Part shown: piece after piece, positions 38,215-51,265 of the stretch
Layout of the letters: each line of letters opens with the position of its first letter
Numbering within the stretch: the stretch's first letter is position 1
Source: Lama glama
Taxonomy: Eukaryota
DNA: 64,000 bases
Assembly (NCBI GenBank): GCA_028534125.1
Contig: CM052818.1
Location: 13,146,001 to 13,210,000, forward strand
Direction of reading: 5' to 3'
The notes under the pieces: generated by a model
Told to the model about the DNA's origin: nothing
The model's input: the letters and a program-made list of their open reading frames with translations, nothing else
Databases searched by the model: none
Position numbers and translations under genes: made by a program

Positions 38215-40465
38215 AAACTATATGCCAAGACCAAGGGAGATTTACCTCAGGAATGCGAGGTTGGTTCAACATACAAAAGTTAATGTCATACACCATATTA
38301 ATAAAGAATAGAAAACATCTGATAAATTCCAGTATCTTTTTTTTTTTCCAATATCTTTTTCGTAAAAAAACACTCAACAAACTAGGAAGAAAAAGACATT
38401 TTCTCAACTTGATAGAGGGCATCTATGAGACACCCACATCTATCATCATACTTAATAAAGACTAAAATTTTCCTTCTAAAATCAGGAAAAAAATAAGGAT
38501 GTCGCCTCTCACTACCTCTATTCAACATTGTACTGAAGGTTTTAGCTATGGAAATTGGACAAGGAAGTGAAATAAAAAACAGCCAGACTGGATAAAAAGT
38601 AAAACACTATCTCTGCAGGTGATGTGATCTTGTGTATAGAATCCACAAATAAACTATTTGAGCTAATTAATGAGTTGAGAAAAGTTTGCAGGATACAAAA
38701 ATCAATTGTATTTCTATACAGTAGCAATGAACAATCCAAAAATGAAATTAAGAAAACAATTTACAAAGGCATCAAAAGAATACAACACTTGGGAATAAAT
38801 TTAACAAAAGAAGTGCAAAGTATATACACTGAAAACTAATTGCTCAAAGAAATTAAAGACCTAAATAAATGGAAAGATATCCCAGTTCACTGATCTGAAC
38901 AATTAATACTGTTAACAAGTTCAGATCATCCCCAAACACAAATACTTCCCAAACACAATCCCTATCAAAATCCCAGTTAGCTTCTTTGCAGAAATTGCCA
39001 AATTCATATGAAAATACATATGGAAATTTAAGGGACCCAGACCAACCAATACAATCTTGAAAAACAAAGTTGGAAAACTCACACTTCCCAACCTCAAGAC
39101 TTACTACAAAGCTGCAGTAATTAAGACAGTGTGGTACTGGCATAAGAATATCAATGGAATAAGACAGTTCAGAAATAAACTCCCACATTTATAGTCAACT
39201 GATTTTCAATAAGAGTGCCAAGACAATTCAATGTAGAATAGTCTTTTCAACAAACTGTCCTGGGACAACTGTAGATCCATACTCAAAAGGATGAAGTTAG
39301 GACTCTACCTGATAACATATACAAAAACTAACTCAACACGAATCTTACCTAAAAATAAGAGGCAAAACTACGAATCTCTTAGAAGAAAGCATACGCATAA
39401 GTCTTCATGACTATGGACTAGACAGTAGTTTCTTAGCTAAGACACCAGAAGCACAAGCAATCAAAGAATAGGTAATCTGACTTCATCAAAATTAAAATTT
39501 TGTTGTGCTTCAAAGAACACTATCAAAAAAAGTGAAAAACTGCCCCTGGAATAAGAAATAGTATTTGCAAATTATATCTGATAAGCAACTTGTATCTAGC
39601 TGTTATTCACAAAAGTCATAGCCCTAACAATAAACAGACAACCCAATAAAAAATGGACAAAGAATTTAAATATCCATTTATCCAAACAATCTATGCAAAA
39701 GTAAGACTTAAAAAGATGTTTACTAGTCATTAGGGAAATGGAAATCAAAACTTCAAGAGTTTTCATTTACACCTACTAAAAATAGCAAAGCTCCAAAGGA
39801 CAGACAATAACAAGTGTTGGCAAGGATGTGGAAGAAATTGGAACCCTCATATATTGCCAGTGGGAATGTAAAATAGTACAGCCACTTTGGAGAACAGTTT
39901 GGCAGTTATTCAAAAAGTTAAACAGAGTCACCATCTGGTGCAGCCATTCCATTCCAAAGAGAATGCAATAAATATGTCCACACAAATACTTGTGCACAAA
40001 TATTCACAGCATTATTACTCATAATAGTCAAAAAATGAAACAATTCAAATGCCTATCAATCGATGACACAATAAATAAAATATGGTACATCCACACAGTG
40101 GACTATTACTCAGCCTTCAAAAGGGCTAACGTACTGATACATGTTATTATACTATGAACAAACTCTGAAAACATTTAACTAAGTCAAAGATGCAGGCACA
40201 AAAGATCACATATCGCATGACTCCATTTATATGAAGTGTCCAGAAAAGACAAATTCACAGAGACAAAGGATGTAAGTGGCTGCTAGAGACTGAAGGAGGA
40301 GCGGATGTGGAGCAACAGCTAACAGGTATGATGCTTCTTTTTGGAGTGATGAGAGGATTAGACCTGGGATTAGATTGTGGTTGCACAATTCTGTGAATTT
40401 GCTTCAAACCACTGAATTGTACACTTGAAAGGGGTGAATTTTATGGTATATGAATTATAGCTCCA
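38215..40465 (+). mobile_element. 5'-truncated L1 (L1MB-type), ORF2 RT to 3' UTR
   Basis: ORFs 'MRGWFNIQK...KTLNKLG...FLNLIEGIYE' and 'IQKSIVFLYSSNEQSKNEIKK...LGINLTKEVQ'; 3' end 'aaccactgaattgtacacttgaaaggggtgaattttatggtatatgaattat'. Confidence 0.92.
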
Positions 40466-42014
40466 AACTTTGAACTTTAGTGGTATACAGATTTTTTCAA
40501 GAGTATATCAATCTTGGTTTAAAAAAAAAATCAAGCAAGTCCATTAAAAACTTACCATGGAACAGACATAAATATATAAAATGACACACTAATAAAAAGA
40601 GCTCATGTTATGACAGTCCTTAAAAATACAATTCCAGAGGCCTTCCAAGGGAATTCTCCAACAAGTTATCACATCGTATGGCCAATAGCAATCCCAAAGG
40701 GTCAGGACAATGTGCTCGCTGAATGAGACCAGACCACACCCTTTCCAAAATCCAAATCCTAGACATAGTCTCTGACTTCATCTGAAGAATCAAACTCAGT
40801 AACTGAAGAAAATCCTTAGCAAAACAAAATTCACCCCCAAAATATTTTAAATGAATCTTTACCATAAAAATGAATACTGCCAATTTATTTCTCAAAGAAG
40901 TAATGGGCCTCAGTGTATTTCAGGGCTGTTTTGTAAGGCTCTAGACTCTAACCTAGTTAGTGGTTCCAACTGAAATGTGCTTGGCTACCTCCCAGTGACA
41001 TGTAGCTTCCTACAAAGTTATTTTGAAGAGAGAACAGAGACACATCAGATAAAACCTACAGAGGGTTGTCAGCCAATACAAGGCATTAGTCAGCCTGGCT
41101 TCACAAGCCTATCACTTCATGCCATTTTTTCTCCTTTGGGCTTCATCACCCAGAGGTTTCTCTCTTCAGTCCACTTTTAAACAAATAGAATGGCATGTAC
41201 CTTGAGTATGAGGACATTTAATTAGCCCTTTTTCTGATCCAAACAGACTGACTGTACATACTCCCCAGTCTTACAGTGACCTAGACAACTGGCTCAATAA
41301 AAGGACAGCGACAAGTCTACTCAGGGAACCTCAAAATCACACTCTTCTCTCTTCAAGATTTTAAATTTCAGCACACTCGAAAAAGGAAACCTGTCTCTCT
41401 TCACAAGTCTCTTTGCACTTTTTCTTTCAGCTGCCCAGGGAATTAATTCTTAAGTATAAGGATCCAATTTTGCTCTTAGATAAGTATCAAGTATGATGCT
41501 CTATCTCCCGGGGAAAACATTACATAAAAAGATATAAAGTCATTAAATAATCTTTAGCAAACATCTATTTCATGTTTAAGGTTACCTGTGTACATGATGC
41601 TTATCAAATGACTCAGTTCTCTGTGAAAAGGATTGGTTTTGTGTAGACTGAACCCATGATCCAAAATAGTACTAGTTAATTACCCTTGCACAGTACTTTT
41701 GTGTTAAGAAAATGATCAGTTCTTTAAAAGGAAAACAAATCTCTGATTATGTGAACAAATTGCACAATTTGGCCACTCAGTTAACCAAGTATTCCCATAA
41801 AAACAAAACCTGCAAACAATTTTTAAAGACTTTTCATTTTCTCAACGTATTTGTACAATGTTCAGCAAACAAAAATATGGGTTCCACAGACTGCACCAGA
41901 AATGAGTCATAAATAACAAGCCCTATTTTTAACAAAAGGATATATTACATGTTTTTAAAAGAACAAGTTGAATGCTGAGTGCTGTTTTTACATGGACCTG
42001 CTACATTGTGACAG

Positions 42015-42260
42015 CAAGGCACAGCGGAGAAAGCAGAGACAAACGGGACAGTCAGGCAGATCCAGGTTCAAAGCCCAGCTTTGCCACGAATTGGCTGTGG
42101 GTGAACTTGAGGAAGTCACTTGACCTCTTTGAACCTCAGCTTTTAGCTCTGTAAAATGGAGCTAATAACATCTACCTCATGTTGCCATAAGGATGCAACA
42201 GTAAGTATCTTACAAAACACTGCATGTGGCTGTTGGGCCACCGATAGTAGGCACCTACTC
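42015..42260 (+). mobile_element. MIR SINE
   Basis: 'gtcaggcagatccaggttcaaagcccagctttgccac...aagtcacttgacctctttgaacctcagc...ctgtaaaatggagctaataa'. Confidence 0.85.
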
Positions 42261-42344
42261 TTTTCTTCATTAACAAAAAGAAATAACACTTTAGGAAACA
42301 TTCTACACAGCAAACTTTTTTTTTATTATTCTTGAGTGGTTAGA

Positions 42345-42550
42345 GGTAGTACAGCATCACAGCTAGGAGTTCCAGCAAACCAACAATGAGACTTACGTTT
42401 GAATCTTAGCTCCACTGCATACTGGTAAGCAGATGTGTACCAAATTTCTTAACCTCTCCAATGCTGTCTCTTTGTCTTTAAAACAGGAACGATACATTCA
42501 CATAAACTACTAAACAAAGCACTTGACACACATTAGGGATTATTACTTAT
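42345..42550 (+). mobile_element. MIR SINE (degraded)
   Basis: 'tttgaatcttagctccactgcatact...aaatttcttaacctctc'. Confidence 0.6.
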
Positions 42551-43479
42551 CAAGAACCTTATGTGAATTTTTTTTTGCTGTTGATTTGCTTTAGGTGTAA
42601 ATCTGCTGAGTGTCCATCACAGCAGTAAAAGCAACATCACAACACAAACACCTGAAGACACCTGCCTTCTGCCTCCTGCACCCAACCTTCCTGGCCAAAT
42701 GAGCTAGGTCTACCTGTCACTTATTATAACTATAACAAAAATAAGCTTGAAGAACTAATTGTAGATTATGGGTGCTAAAGTCACAAATTCACACCAGGAA
42801 TCTAGAGAGGACATCCGGCTTCAGCAAAGTGCACAAGCCATACCCAAGTGAGCAACTCTCCAGACTGGGCAAGGTCTGGGTGAGCCCTCTTAGTGAGGCT
42901 ACAGATTTCAGGTCTATCCCCAGCGAGAATCCCGATACAGCAGAAATGCCAAAAGAAGCACCATTTAGAAATGCCCCTTGGCATCAAAGCAGTGTTTTGC
43001 CTGGATTAGCAACCAGCTAAAATACATTTTGATGAGCCACCTAAATAAGTTCTAGGAAAGCTGGACAAGACAGAATATGATCGAATCAATATCCTTGCAG
43101 GGGAGGAGCCCTGCTTTGTTATTTTCCTTGAAGACTTCGCATCATTCACGCATTTGGGCATGAGAGTAAGAGGATGATGGGGACATAGGAAGCCTGAAAA
43201 ATTAGCACAAATGTGAGGCCAAAATGCTGATGTGGCCACCTGCAGATTGAAAAGGGCATACTCAGGAGAGCTCAGTTCTCTTCACTCCTCGGTTAGGTAG
43301 ACAGGATGCTTATTTTATCTCATCATCCCTAAGTCATCACCCCTTGTCCTGACACTACGCAGAATATATTTAGTCTGAAATGGAATGTGTAAAATGTGGA
43401 AGGAGAGTTAAAAGAAATAAAAATGAATTTCTCACAAAAGGTCAAGAAGGGTGAGGTCTCACACCTCCCTTATCCTTTC

Positions 43480-44265
43480 TTTAACTGCTCTTCCTCTTCC
43501 CTCCGCAGAGAATCTTCCCCCACACGGACTCTCTTATCACCATCGGCACCTGACTCCAACTCAGGAGAGAGGCCAAGTCCGGAAATGGATTGCAGAAGTC
43601 CAGGTCCAGCACAGGTCACACCTTGCTTTTTCTCCTGGTCTCCCAGCCACCTCGAGTCTCTCCCTACTACCTTCCATCAGGCACTCAACTGTGTCACTTT
43701 GCTGCTCAAACACAGGCAGCAGCTTCCGACTGCCCTCCTAATGCCAGTCAGAGTAACTCTTGGAGAGCACACAGTAGGTACCAGTACTGTACCAGGACTT
43801 TTCCTTCATTATGACCCTGGAAGGAAGCTATTATTCTGTTATTATCCCCAACGTTATTCCAACTCCGTATCTGGTCACATCTGGACTTTCAGCATCATTC
43901 ATTGAACCCCCAACAAACTAAACTTCTCACTGTTTCTTATTCAAGCCTTTGGTTCTTTCCCTTTGGTCCTCGCTCGTGGCTCTCTCTCAGAACAGAAATG
44001 TCCATCTATTTACCACACACCCCTTTTCAAAGGAGATCCCCAGCACACCTCCTCCACAATGACTTCATGAACCTCTTAGCCTAAAATAATGTTTTCTCTT
44101 AATTATTACGGTTGTTTTTTGTACCACCTTCACAGAACTTCCAGTTTGACTTTGTGCATCTCTCTTCGACTAGACTGTCCCTCTTTCAAGAGACTGAACA
44201 TCATGATTCCTGTGTTCAGCACTAGGTGCACAGCACACACTCACTCAAGGAATGTCTTAAGGAAA
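43480..44265 (+). mobile_element. LINE-2 fragment
   Basis: 'tgtgtcactttgctgctcaaa...gcttccgactgccc' and tail 'ctagactgtccctctttcaagagactg...tgtgttcagcactaggtgcacagcac'. Confidence 0.6.
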
Positions 44266-45439
44266 AATACTGACTTAGAGAAGAAAACCTAATCTCTTTC
44301 TAGTGTCCTATACAGTCTGCTTCTCTCATTGACTACTTTTGTCTTTTCCCTAATTTACCTTTCTCATTTATGTGTAAAAACCAATATCAAGATAAGCCTC
44401 CTAGAGTATTATATTATTTTTCAAAGTACATCAAATAATAATTAATCAAGGCTCTGGTTGGTTCTACAGTAAGTGGACCTGAAGAAATCAAAAGAGGAAG
44501 CAACGCAGAAAACTTCCCGGGCCTACCCTATGAATTATTCCAAGTGATGAGAGTAGCCACATTTTCACTTGGACAAGCTCGCAGATCAGGAGCACTACGT
44601 TGATATGAGGCTTCACGCTTCCATCTCACCACACACCATGGAGGACAGCAGTTCAAGCAACTCACTGAAGGTATCTTGAGCTTGTTTATGGGTCACCATG
44701 GAAGTTTAGTGGAAACTAATGACCCCAAAACCTTATAACTGTTTTGATTTGTTTCTGATTTTAGTAAACTGTTTTTTAAAAACCTGAGATCAACTTATTT
44801 ATGCCCAGGCTTATAGGTTTACGAGAACATCTACTAAGCTATTTCTATCAGCAGAGATAATAGAACTGTTCAACCTTTCATAATGTGGTCATTATAATTC
44901 AACCAATAATTAACACATAACACACCCTAAATTAGCAAACATGCAGGACAAGAAAAGAATGTGTAAACACTATAGGTGAAGAAAGATGAACACACAATCA
45001 AGGGGTTATTAGATCAATTCTGAATATCTTTAAGAAAAATCTAAGCTGGCTCTGGGAGAAAATGTATATTTGAAAGGGAAATGAAACCCAGAGAGGAGAA
45101 AAAGGTAGATGGTAAATCACGAATGGCTGAAATAAAAGACAAATTTGAGAAAAAGACAGAGGAGTTACAAAATGAACCAGGGTGGGAATAAGCATGAAAC
45201 ACATGGGAAAACAAAAATCCACAGAGGTTTAATTTTTTACAAATCAGAGAAATAATTGTAGCCAAGACATTTTGAAGTGATAAGAGCTGTAGCCAGAAAT
45301 GAAAGCTTAAGTGAGCTGCCATGGGAAGGGAGCGAACCAGCATCACCAACACCCACGCCCATGAGCGCTGGTCTCACTTACGGAGATGTGAGAGTTCAAT
45401 AAACACGCCCAAAAGCCTTGTATGAAGAGGCAAGAAGTA

Positions 45440-45775
45440 AAAAAAGAGGACACTAATAATGAAGTTATTTACAAAACAGAAACAGACTTGCAGACATAGT
45501 AAACAATCTTACGGTTACTGGGGGAAAGAGGGTGGTAAGAAATAAATGTGAAAGTTTGAGATTTGCAAAGGTTAACCACCATATACAAAAATATATAAAA
45601 ACTTCTTCTGTATAGCACAGGGAACTATATTCAATATCTTGTAATAACCTTTAATGAAGAAGAACATGAAAACGAGTATATGCGTGTGTGTGCATGACTG
45701 GGACATTGGGCTGTACACCAGAAACTGACACATTGTAACGGATGGTACTTCAATTAAAAAAAAAATGGAAAAGAA
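45440..45775 (+). mobile_element. Camelid-type L1 3' UTR with degenerate TSD
   Basis: 'ttatttacaaaacagaaacagacttgcagacatag...ctgtatagcacagggaactatattcaatatcttgtaataacc...ctgtacaccagaaactgacacattgtaac...cttcaattaaaaaaaaaa'; flanks aagaggcaagaagta (45425-45439) and aagagcagaagta (45776-45788). Confidence 0.9.
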
Positions 45776-46341
45776 AAGAGCAGAAGTAGACTTTCTCACT
45801 TTAATGGAGTCAGGCCAGGAAGAAAGAATTCGGAAATGAAAAGAGGACCAGGACAGGCACTATTTGTCCATATAATGTTAACACTGTATAAACAGCCTCC
45901 GCTCTACATGCTGCTTAGTAGTATCAACAAATGAAGGATGTTCTAGCCAGCCTCTCAGGGGACAGAGAATTTTTCAGGTGCTACGGCCACTGAACGTTTA
46001 GAGTAAATTTTATCCTTCAAGATATTAGCTAAGAAGTTTGAAAATCGTACTTGAAAAACAGCTCGGCTCTTGGTGCGTTTCCAATTTGATTACGCCATCA
46101 CCAGACTTTTCCTCCCTTTTTTGACTTAAAATGGAGGGAGGATCTTTTTTCCATGCAGACTGCAAAACAGGACTCAGCAAAATGGGGTCAACTCAAGCAA
46201 GCAGCAGTAAAGAGAAAAACATCACGAGGGCCTACCCTCCAGGAGCTCAGAGGAGCTGCAATTCTGTTGCAGGGTTAGTTTAAAGGCCACTCTCAGACTC
46301 ACAAACATGGCATCTGAGAACTCTGGTAACATCCCTTAGAG

Positions 46342-46657
46342 CAGAGATCAGTAAACCCAGCCCACTGCCTGTTTCTGCAAGGCCCACAAGCTATGAATGC
46401 GTTTTACATTTTCAGATGGTTTAAAAAAAAAGCTTTTTAAACATAGTTTATGACATGTGAGAATCACACAAAATTCAAATTTCAGTGTCCATAAATAAAG
46501 TTTTATTGGAACACAGCCACATCCATTTGTTTACAGATTGCCTATGGTTTCTCTGGCACTGTAATAGCAGTTGAGTAGTTACGACAGAGACCTTATAGCC
46601 CAGAAACCTAGCCTAAATATTTACTATTTCGTTTACCAAAAAGTTGGCTGACTTCTG
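46342..46657. mobile_element. MER58B-type hAT-Charlie MITE
   Basis: TIRs cagagatcagtaaac / gttggctgacttctg; core 'aatttcagtgtccataaataaagttttattggaacacagccac'. Confidence 0.85.
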
Positions 46658-46734
46658 CTTTACAACGTGCCAGGACTCCTCAACACAAATGTTTAGCATG
46701 AATTCCCTCTGCTATTTTTCAAAGGATGAGACAA

Positions 46735-46870
46735 GAAAGCTGTGTAGTCTTGTTACAGAACAGGCTCTGCAATCACAAAGACAGGGTTCCAGTCCTGTTT
46801 CCCTTAGTCACCAGCTGTGTAACCTGCCAAGTGATTTAACTTGGTGGAGCCGTTTCCGCCTCTGTCCAGA
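46735..46870 (+). mobile_element. MIR SINE fragment
   Basis: 'agacagggttccagtcctg...tcaccagctgtgtaacctgccaagtgatttaac'. Confidence 0.65.
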
Positions 46871-47139
46871 AAAGCACTGACAAGCCAACACCAACCAACC
46901 AGCAGCCTAGGTTTACCAGGAGCTGGACAGGCTGGCAAGTCCTTGGCCTTGCCTTCCCAGCTCTCATGCAAGCTTTTCTTCTTTCACGTGCACATTCCTG
47001 AGGTATTTATACAGACATCACACAAAGGCATTGGTCATACAATGGCACAAAAGACAAATCCTGAACAGCAAACCAATTGTTTTGCTACTATCAGTCATTT
47101 TCAATGCCTTCTCAAATTACAGATCCCTTTGAGTATAAT

Positions 47140-47965
47140 CATACATTCATTCATTCATTCATTCATAATAATTGAGCACCGTGACTGACAACTGACATTC
47201 TGGGGGGAAAACCGACAACAAACACAAATATGCACTCTTCTATACACACACATATACATTTAGTACCTATACACATATATACAATGTTATATATACTCTA
47301 TATATACAATCTTATTACATACAGATATATGAAGGCAGAGTCAAGAGACTGGATATGGAGGGTGAGGAAATGCAAGAAATCCAATGCAAGATTTTTGGCT
47401 TAAGAACTGGTGCCGTTTTCTAGGATCAGCAATTCCACGGGAAAAGCAGCTCTGGGGGAGAAATCCAGAGTCTGGTTCTGGGCAAGATTCAGATACCAGT
47501 TAGACATCCTAGTGATAATGTTGAACAGGGATTTATACACCAGACTCCGAAGTCCTCCAGAGAAGTCATGGCTATTGGTACAGATTTGGGAGTCAACTGT
47601 ATTAAGTTGGCATTTAAAGCCATAGGACCAAATGAAATGGCATAAGCATGCAGGCAGAAAAGGGAGGCACACAGGAGAGCACCTGGGGCCCTCCAACACT
47701 GAGAGGTCAAGCAGAGGAATGAGAAAGGTCTAAGAGAAAGAACACACAGAGCAGTGGGCCAGGGGAACACGATGTCATGAAAACCAAGAGATAAAGTCCT
47801 ACAAGAAGAAGACAGCCCTCCTGCCCAATGCTGCTGCGTGGCCAGCAGCACAGTGCCCTCTGGGATCACAGTGGAGGTGACTGGTGACTCTGAGAGAGAC
47901 ACCTTGGTGAAGTGGTGGGAAGTGCAATGGAATGGAATAGTAAAGGAATATGCAGTCACGAAACG
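47140..47965 (-). mobile_element. LINE-2 fragment incl. decayed RT YADD region
   Basis: Antisense tail 'cattcattcattcattcattcat...ttgagcacc' at 47144. ORF 47400-47699(-) 'HFIWSYGFKCQLNTVDSQIC' corresponds to L2 RT 'HSHGFxYHLYADDSQIY'. Confidence 0.75.
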
Positions 47966-48999
47966 AAAAAAGGGACTAAACATCTCTGATGAAGCCAAGG
48001 GCTTTTTTCCTAGACCAAACAAACAAACAAACAAACACACTATGAAGCATCAAATATCGGGGGAATACATGACATCTCTTTAAAGCCACGAACCCCTAGG
48101 GTTCTATATATCCCATTTAAAAAACCTTGGTCTACAGTGGAAACACACTGTCAAGGCTAACTTCCTTCCCCCAGATGAAACCTAGAATCATGAACCCATG
48201 GACAGTTCCAGGTACTGGGAGGTCTCCTGTATTTCCCATGAAGCTCTTTCCTTTTAGAATGTGTCTCTTTTTCACAAAATGGAGTTGCTGGGATTCAGAA
48301 GGAACCCATAGGCTTACCTATGGCAAGTGAAGTCAGACTTACTTACTCCAGCTCTTCCAGTGACTTGTCTAAGAGACAGACAGGGGTCGTGCAGCTGCAA
48401 AGGCCCTGAAGAGACTGTCCATTTCAGGGCTCGGATACCTTATCCTGTTACCTAACTTGCTTTCCTTCCCATCTCAGGTTGGGGAGACTATGACTAACAT
48501 AAGGCATTTTACCAAGAAGGCAGCTGAAATATTCTTATTTTTTCAGAAAAGACTCTAGTGCTGTGTTAACTGAAGGAGTAGCTAGAACACCACACCCTCA
48601 GACCCTACAGAATCAGAATTTTTAAAAGATACAGTAGCATTCACAGAACTAATTTTTTACACCTTTCGTTTGCTCCTCTATCTCAACTTTGGCTGGCATG
48701 TTGCCCTTTCACAGAAGTGAAAGATACCAGACTGTGAATGACGAGCTTATGGACATTCATACAGCTACGCTGAGATGTAAGAAACAGAGAAACAGGGCTT
48801 GTCTGGATCACGCTTTGCAACTCACTTATGCGCCAAAGCAGATTTTCAGTAGCAAAAGAATATAACACAAACAGAATCTGACCTGGAAACTTCATTCTTG
48901 TTCTTTCATTTCCTGCAGCACTCCTCTACCAAACACTTCCTATGGCCTTTCAGAAGGCCAGTACCAGGGTTGGGACCAAGAACCAAGTGGTGGGTGACA

Positions 49000-49250
49000 G
49001 CTAAGGTCCCCCTCATGGAGCTCATATCTTAGTGCTGAAAGACGACGACGACAACGACCACAACAACAGCAACAACAACAACAACACACACACACACACA
49101 AGAAGTTTTCCAACATGGATCATTGCTTTGAAAAAAATAAGAGTCAGAACAGGTTGGCCAGGGGAGGACTCTCTCAGAAGAGGTCACGCATGAGCTGACA
49201 ACCTGAAGGACACAGAGGTGCCAGCCATGGGAAGAGCCACAGAAGAGTGT
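49000..49250 (-). mobile_element. LINE-2 fragment containing a microsatellite
   Basis: 'ggtccccctcatggagctcatatcttag...ctctcagaagaggtcacgcatgagctga...gccagccatgggaagag' antisense L2. Confidence 0.55.
49041..49100. repeat. (GAC)n-(AAC)n-(AC)n compound microsatellite
   Basis: gacgacgacgacaacgaccacaacaacagcaacaacaacaacaacacacacacacacaca. Confidence 0.95.
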
Positions 49251-51029
49251 TCCTTTGCTGCTTTTAAAACCTCATTTCCAGCATCAAAGTTGGATCACTG
49301 GAAACTGATCTAGGCTTTGCCGTTTAGCAGCAGTATTTCTAATGGCAGGAACATAAATACGAACTCTTAAGATTGCCTATAAAAAAGAGTGAGTCATTAC
49401 TTCTTTTATGATGTTTTCAATGACTAATTAAGAGAGCAGGGAGGATAGAAAAATTACAACTGCTTGGATTTTTACTGTCTGTGTCCAGGAATTACATCAT
49501 CTGCCCTGGGGGTCTATCCCAAGAGTAAGTCTATGTTCCTAATTTATCAGTCATGAGTTACTAACACTGTGAGCAGAGAAAGGTCTAGTTCAATTAGTCT
49601 AAGTCATCATACCAGTTTTATCCAGCCTCAAGAAAAGGTTTGAAACACAGGAAGATGGAACATGAGATGCAGAAAGTAGAATGTCAAATGTGCTGCACTC
49701 CATGTTGCCCAATACCTTGATCAATTTCACTGGCTGATTCTGATAACGACACTGTCCAGTATTTTAAAAATACATTTTTGGCCCAGCAATACTGACCCAA
49801 GCTTAATTTTACTGACAACATCAATATCTGTATCAACCTCACCAAAATTCTGACAATAAAGAAAGAAATTCTCCTAGTATAATATCAGAGTCAGGATTCA
49901 GATGCGTCTTGCTGCTAACGCAAAGATAGCTCAAGGTGAAAGTCATATTGATTCTCTGGTGAAAACCCATTTGTTGGGAATGATTCGTCTTTGCCTCTGA
50001 TAAAAACACAAAGACAGTGTAGGCTCTTTAAGCCTAATTTGTACCATACATTGTTTTGAAAAATTGATCACCCTTCACGTTTCATTTAAGGGAAAAGATC
50101 TCGACTTACATTCTTGGCCGTTTGTAACTGTGCTTCAACATGGTTCTCCTATCTTTAAAAACAAACAAGTTCATGGTCACCTAAAGCAAAAGTCCGAGGC
50201 CTATATGATACCAGCTCCTCCTTCCTCTTTCTCCTACTCTTGTCTCCTCTTCCTCTCTCTTCCTTTTCTCTTCTCTTTCCCATACTCCACGCTTGCCATC
50301 AAAACCTAAGTCTTACCAAATTTCGCAGAACTAAGATCTAAAATAACAGGCAATCACTCATAGCTTTTGCCATGATTGTTAGCTAGTGTTAACAATCTAA
50401 TTTAAAGAATGCTTCATTAAGATCCTCTGCTAAAAACCAGAGAAAATATTACACACATGTCCAAAATAGTCAGCCAATCAAAAGGAGGAAATAAAATGGA
50501 TGAGAAATGGTAGAGATATTCAGAGATAGGCATCTTGACTATGTAGGATTAAGCTCCTTATAAGCTAATACTGAGAGGGGTGGGAAAAAAACACTGGATC
50601 TGAAATGACAAGTGAAGCTTTAGACACATTCATCCAAAGAAAACAAAATTTCCAAACGAGGGGACAGGTCTTAATTCTCTTGGTAAAAGTAACCATGTCA
50701 CCACAATCCTGAACTATGGTAGGAAAATCCTGTCATTGGCTTGGTTTTGCATAAAAAAAAGGCTCCTACATAGGAAGAAGTTCAGGGTCTTCAGAACCAT
50801 CAGTGGCATCCAGGTCTCTTTTTATTTCAGCTGTGCAATGGGAAAGCCTTAATGTGAAAGCTTATTATTTAAACATATTATGGTCCAATGAATACAAAGT
50901 TTAGAAGGTAGATAAAAATCTATCTTCTCTCAATTTGATTCTGAATCTTAAAATGGTCACGTAGAGTAGAATTAAAGAAACAGAAGGCAGGGAAAGACAA
51001 AAACTTCTATGCTACTGCTTTTAGACACT

Positions 51030-51265
51030 TATATCAAATGATAAAAGCAAACATATACTGTACACTTAGTATGTGGCCAGGCAGTGTGTTGTCTCATTTA
51101 CTTCTGAGAAGCACTTTATTAAAAGATGGGTACTATTATCCTTGGTTTATGGATAAGGAAACTAGGGCACAGGTAAGTTAAGAAACCGTATCACAGAGCT
51201 TGTAAACAGCAGAGCCAGAAAGTTAGCACAGGACTGACTGGCTTCCCAAAGGAAGTTCTTAGTTC
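51030..51265 (-). mobile_element. MIR SINE
   Basis: 'tatgtggccaggcagtgtg...ggtactattatccttggtttatggataaggaaactagggcacag'. Confidence 0.8.

Noticed and set aside
38215..40465. Functional reverse transcriptase gene
   Set aside because: Multiple stops and frameshifts, decayed FADD motif, 5'-truncated. The same applies to the other L1s.
43396..43905. 169-aa ORF
   Set aside because: Runs through CT-rich L2 remnant sequence, starts at GTG, and has no recognisable domain.
47489..48040. 183-aa ORF, the longest gap-free ORF
   Set aside because: Lies in a decayed L2; the RT motif in the neighbouring frame is destroyed (YADD to NTVD).
7740..49400. Scattered AP-1 (TGAGTCA) and GATA motifs
   Set aside because: Short motifs with no clear clustering; not distinguishable from background by eye.
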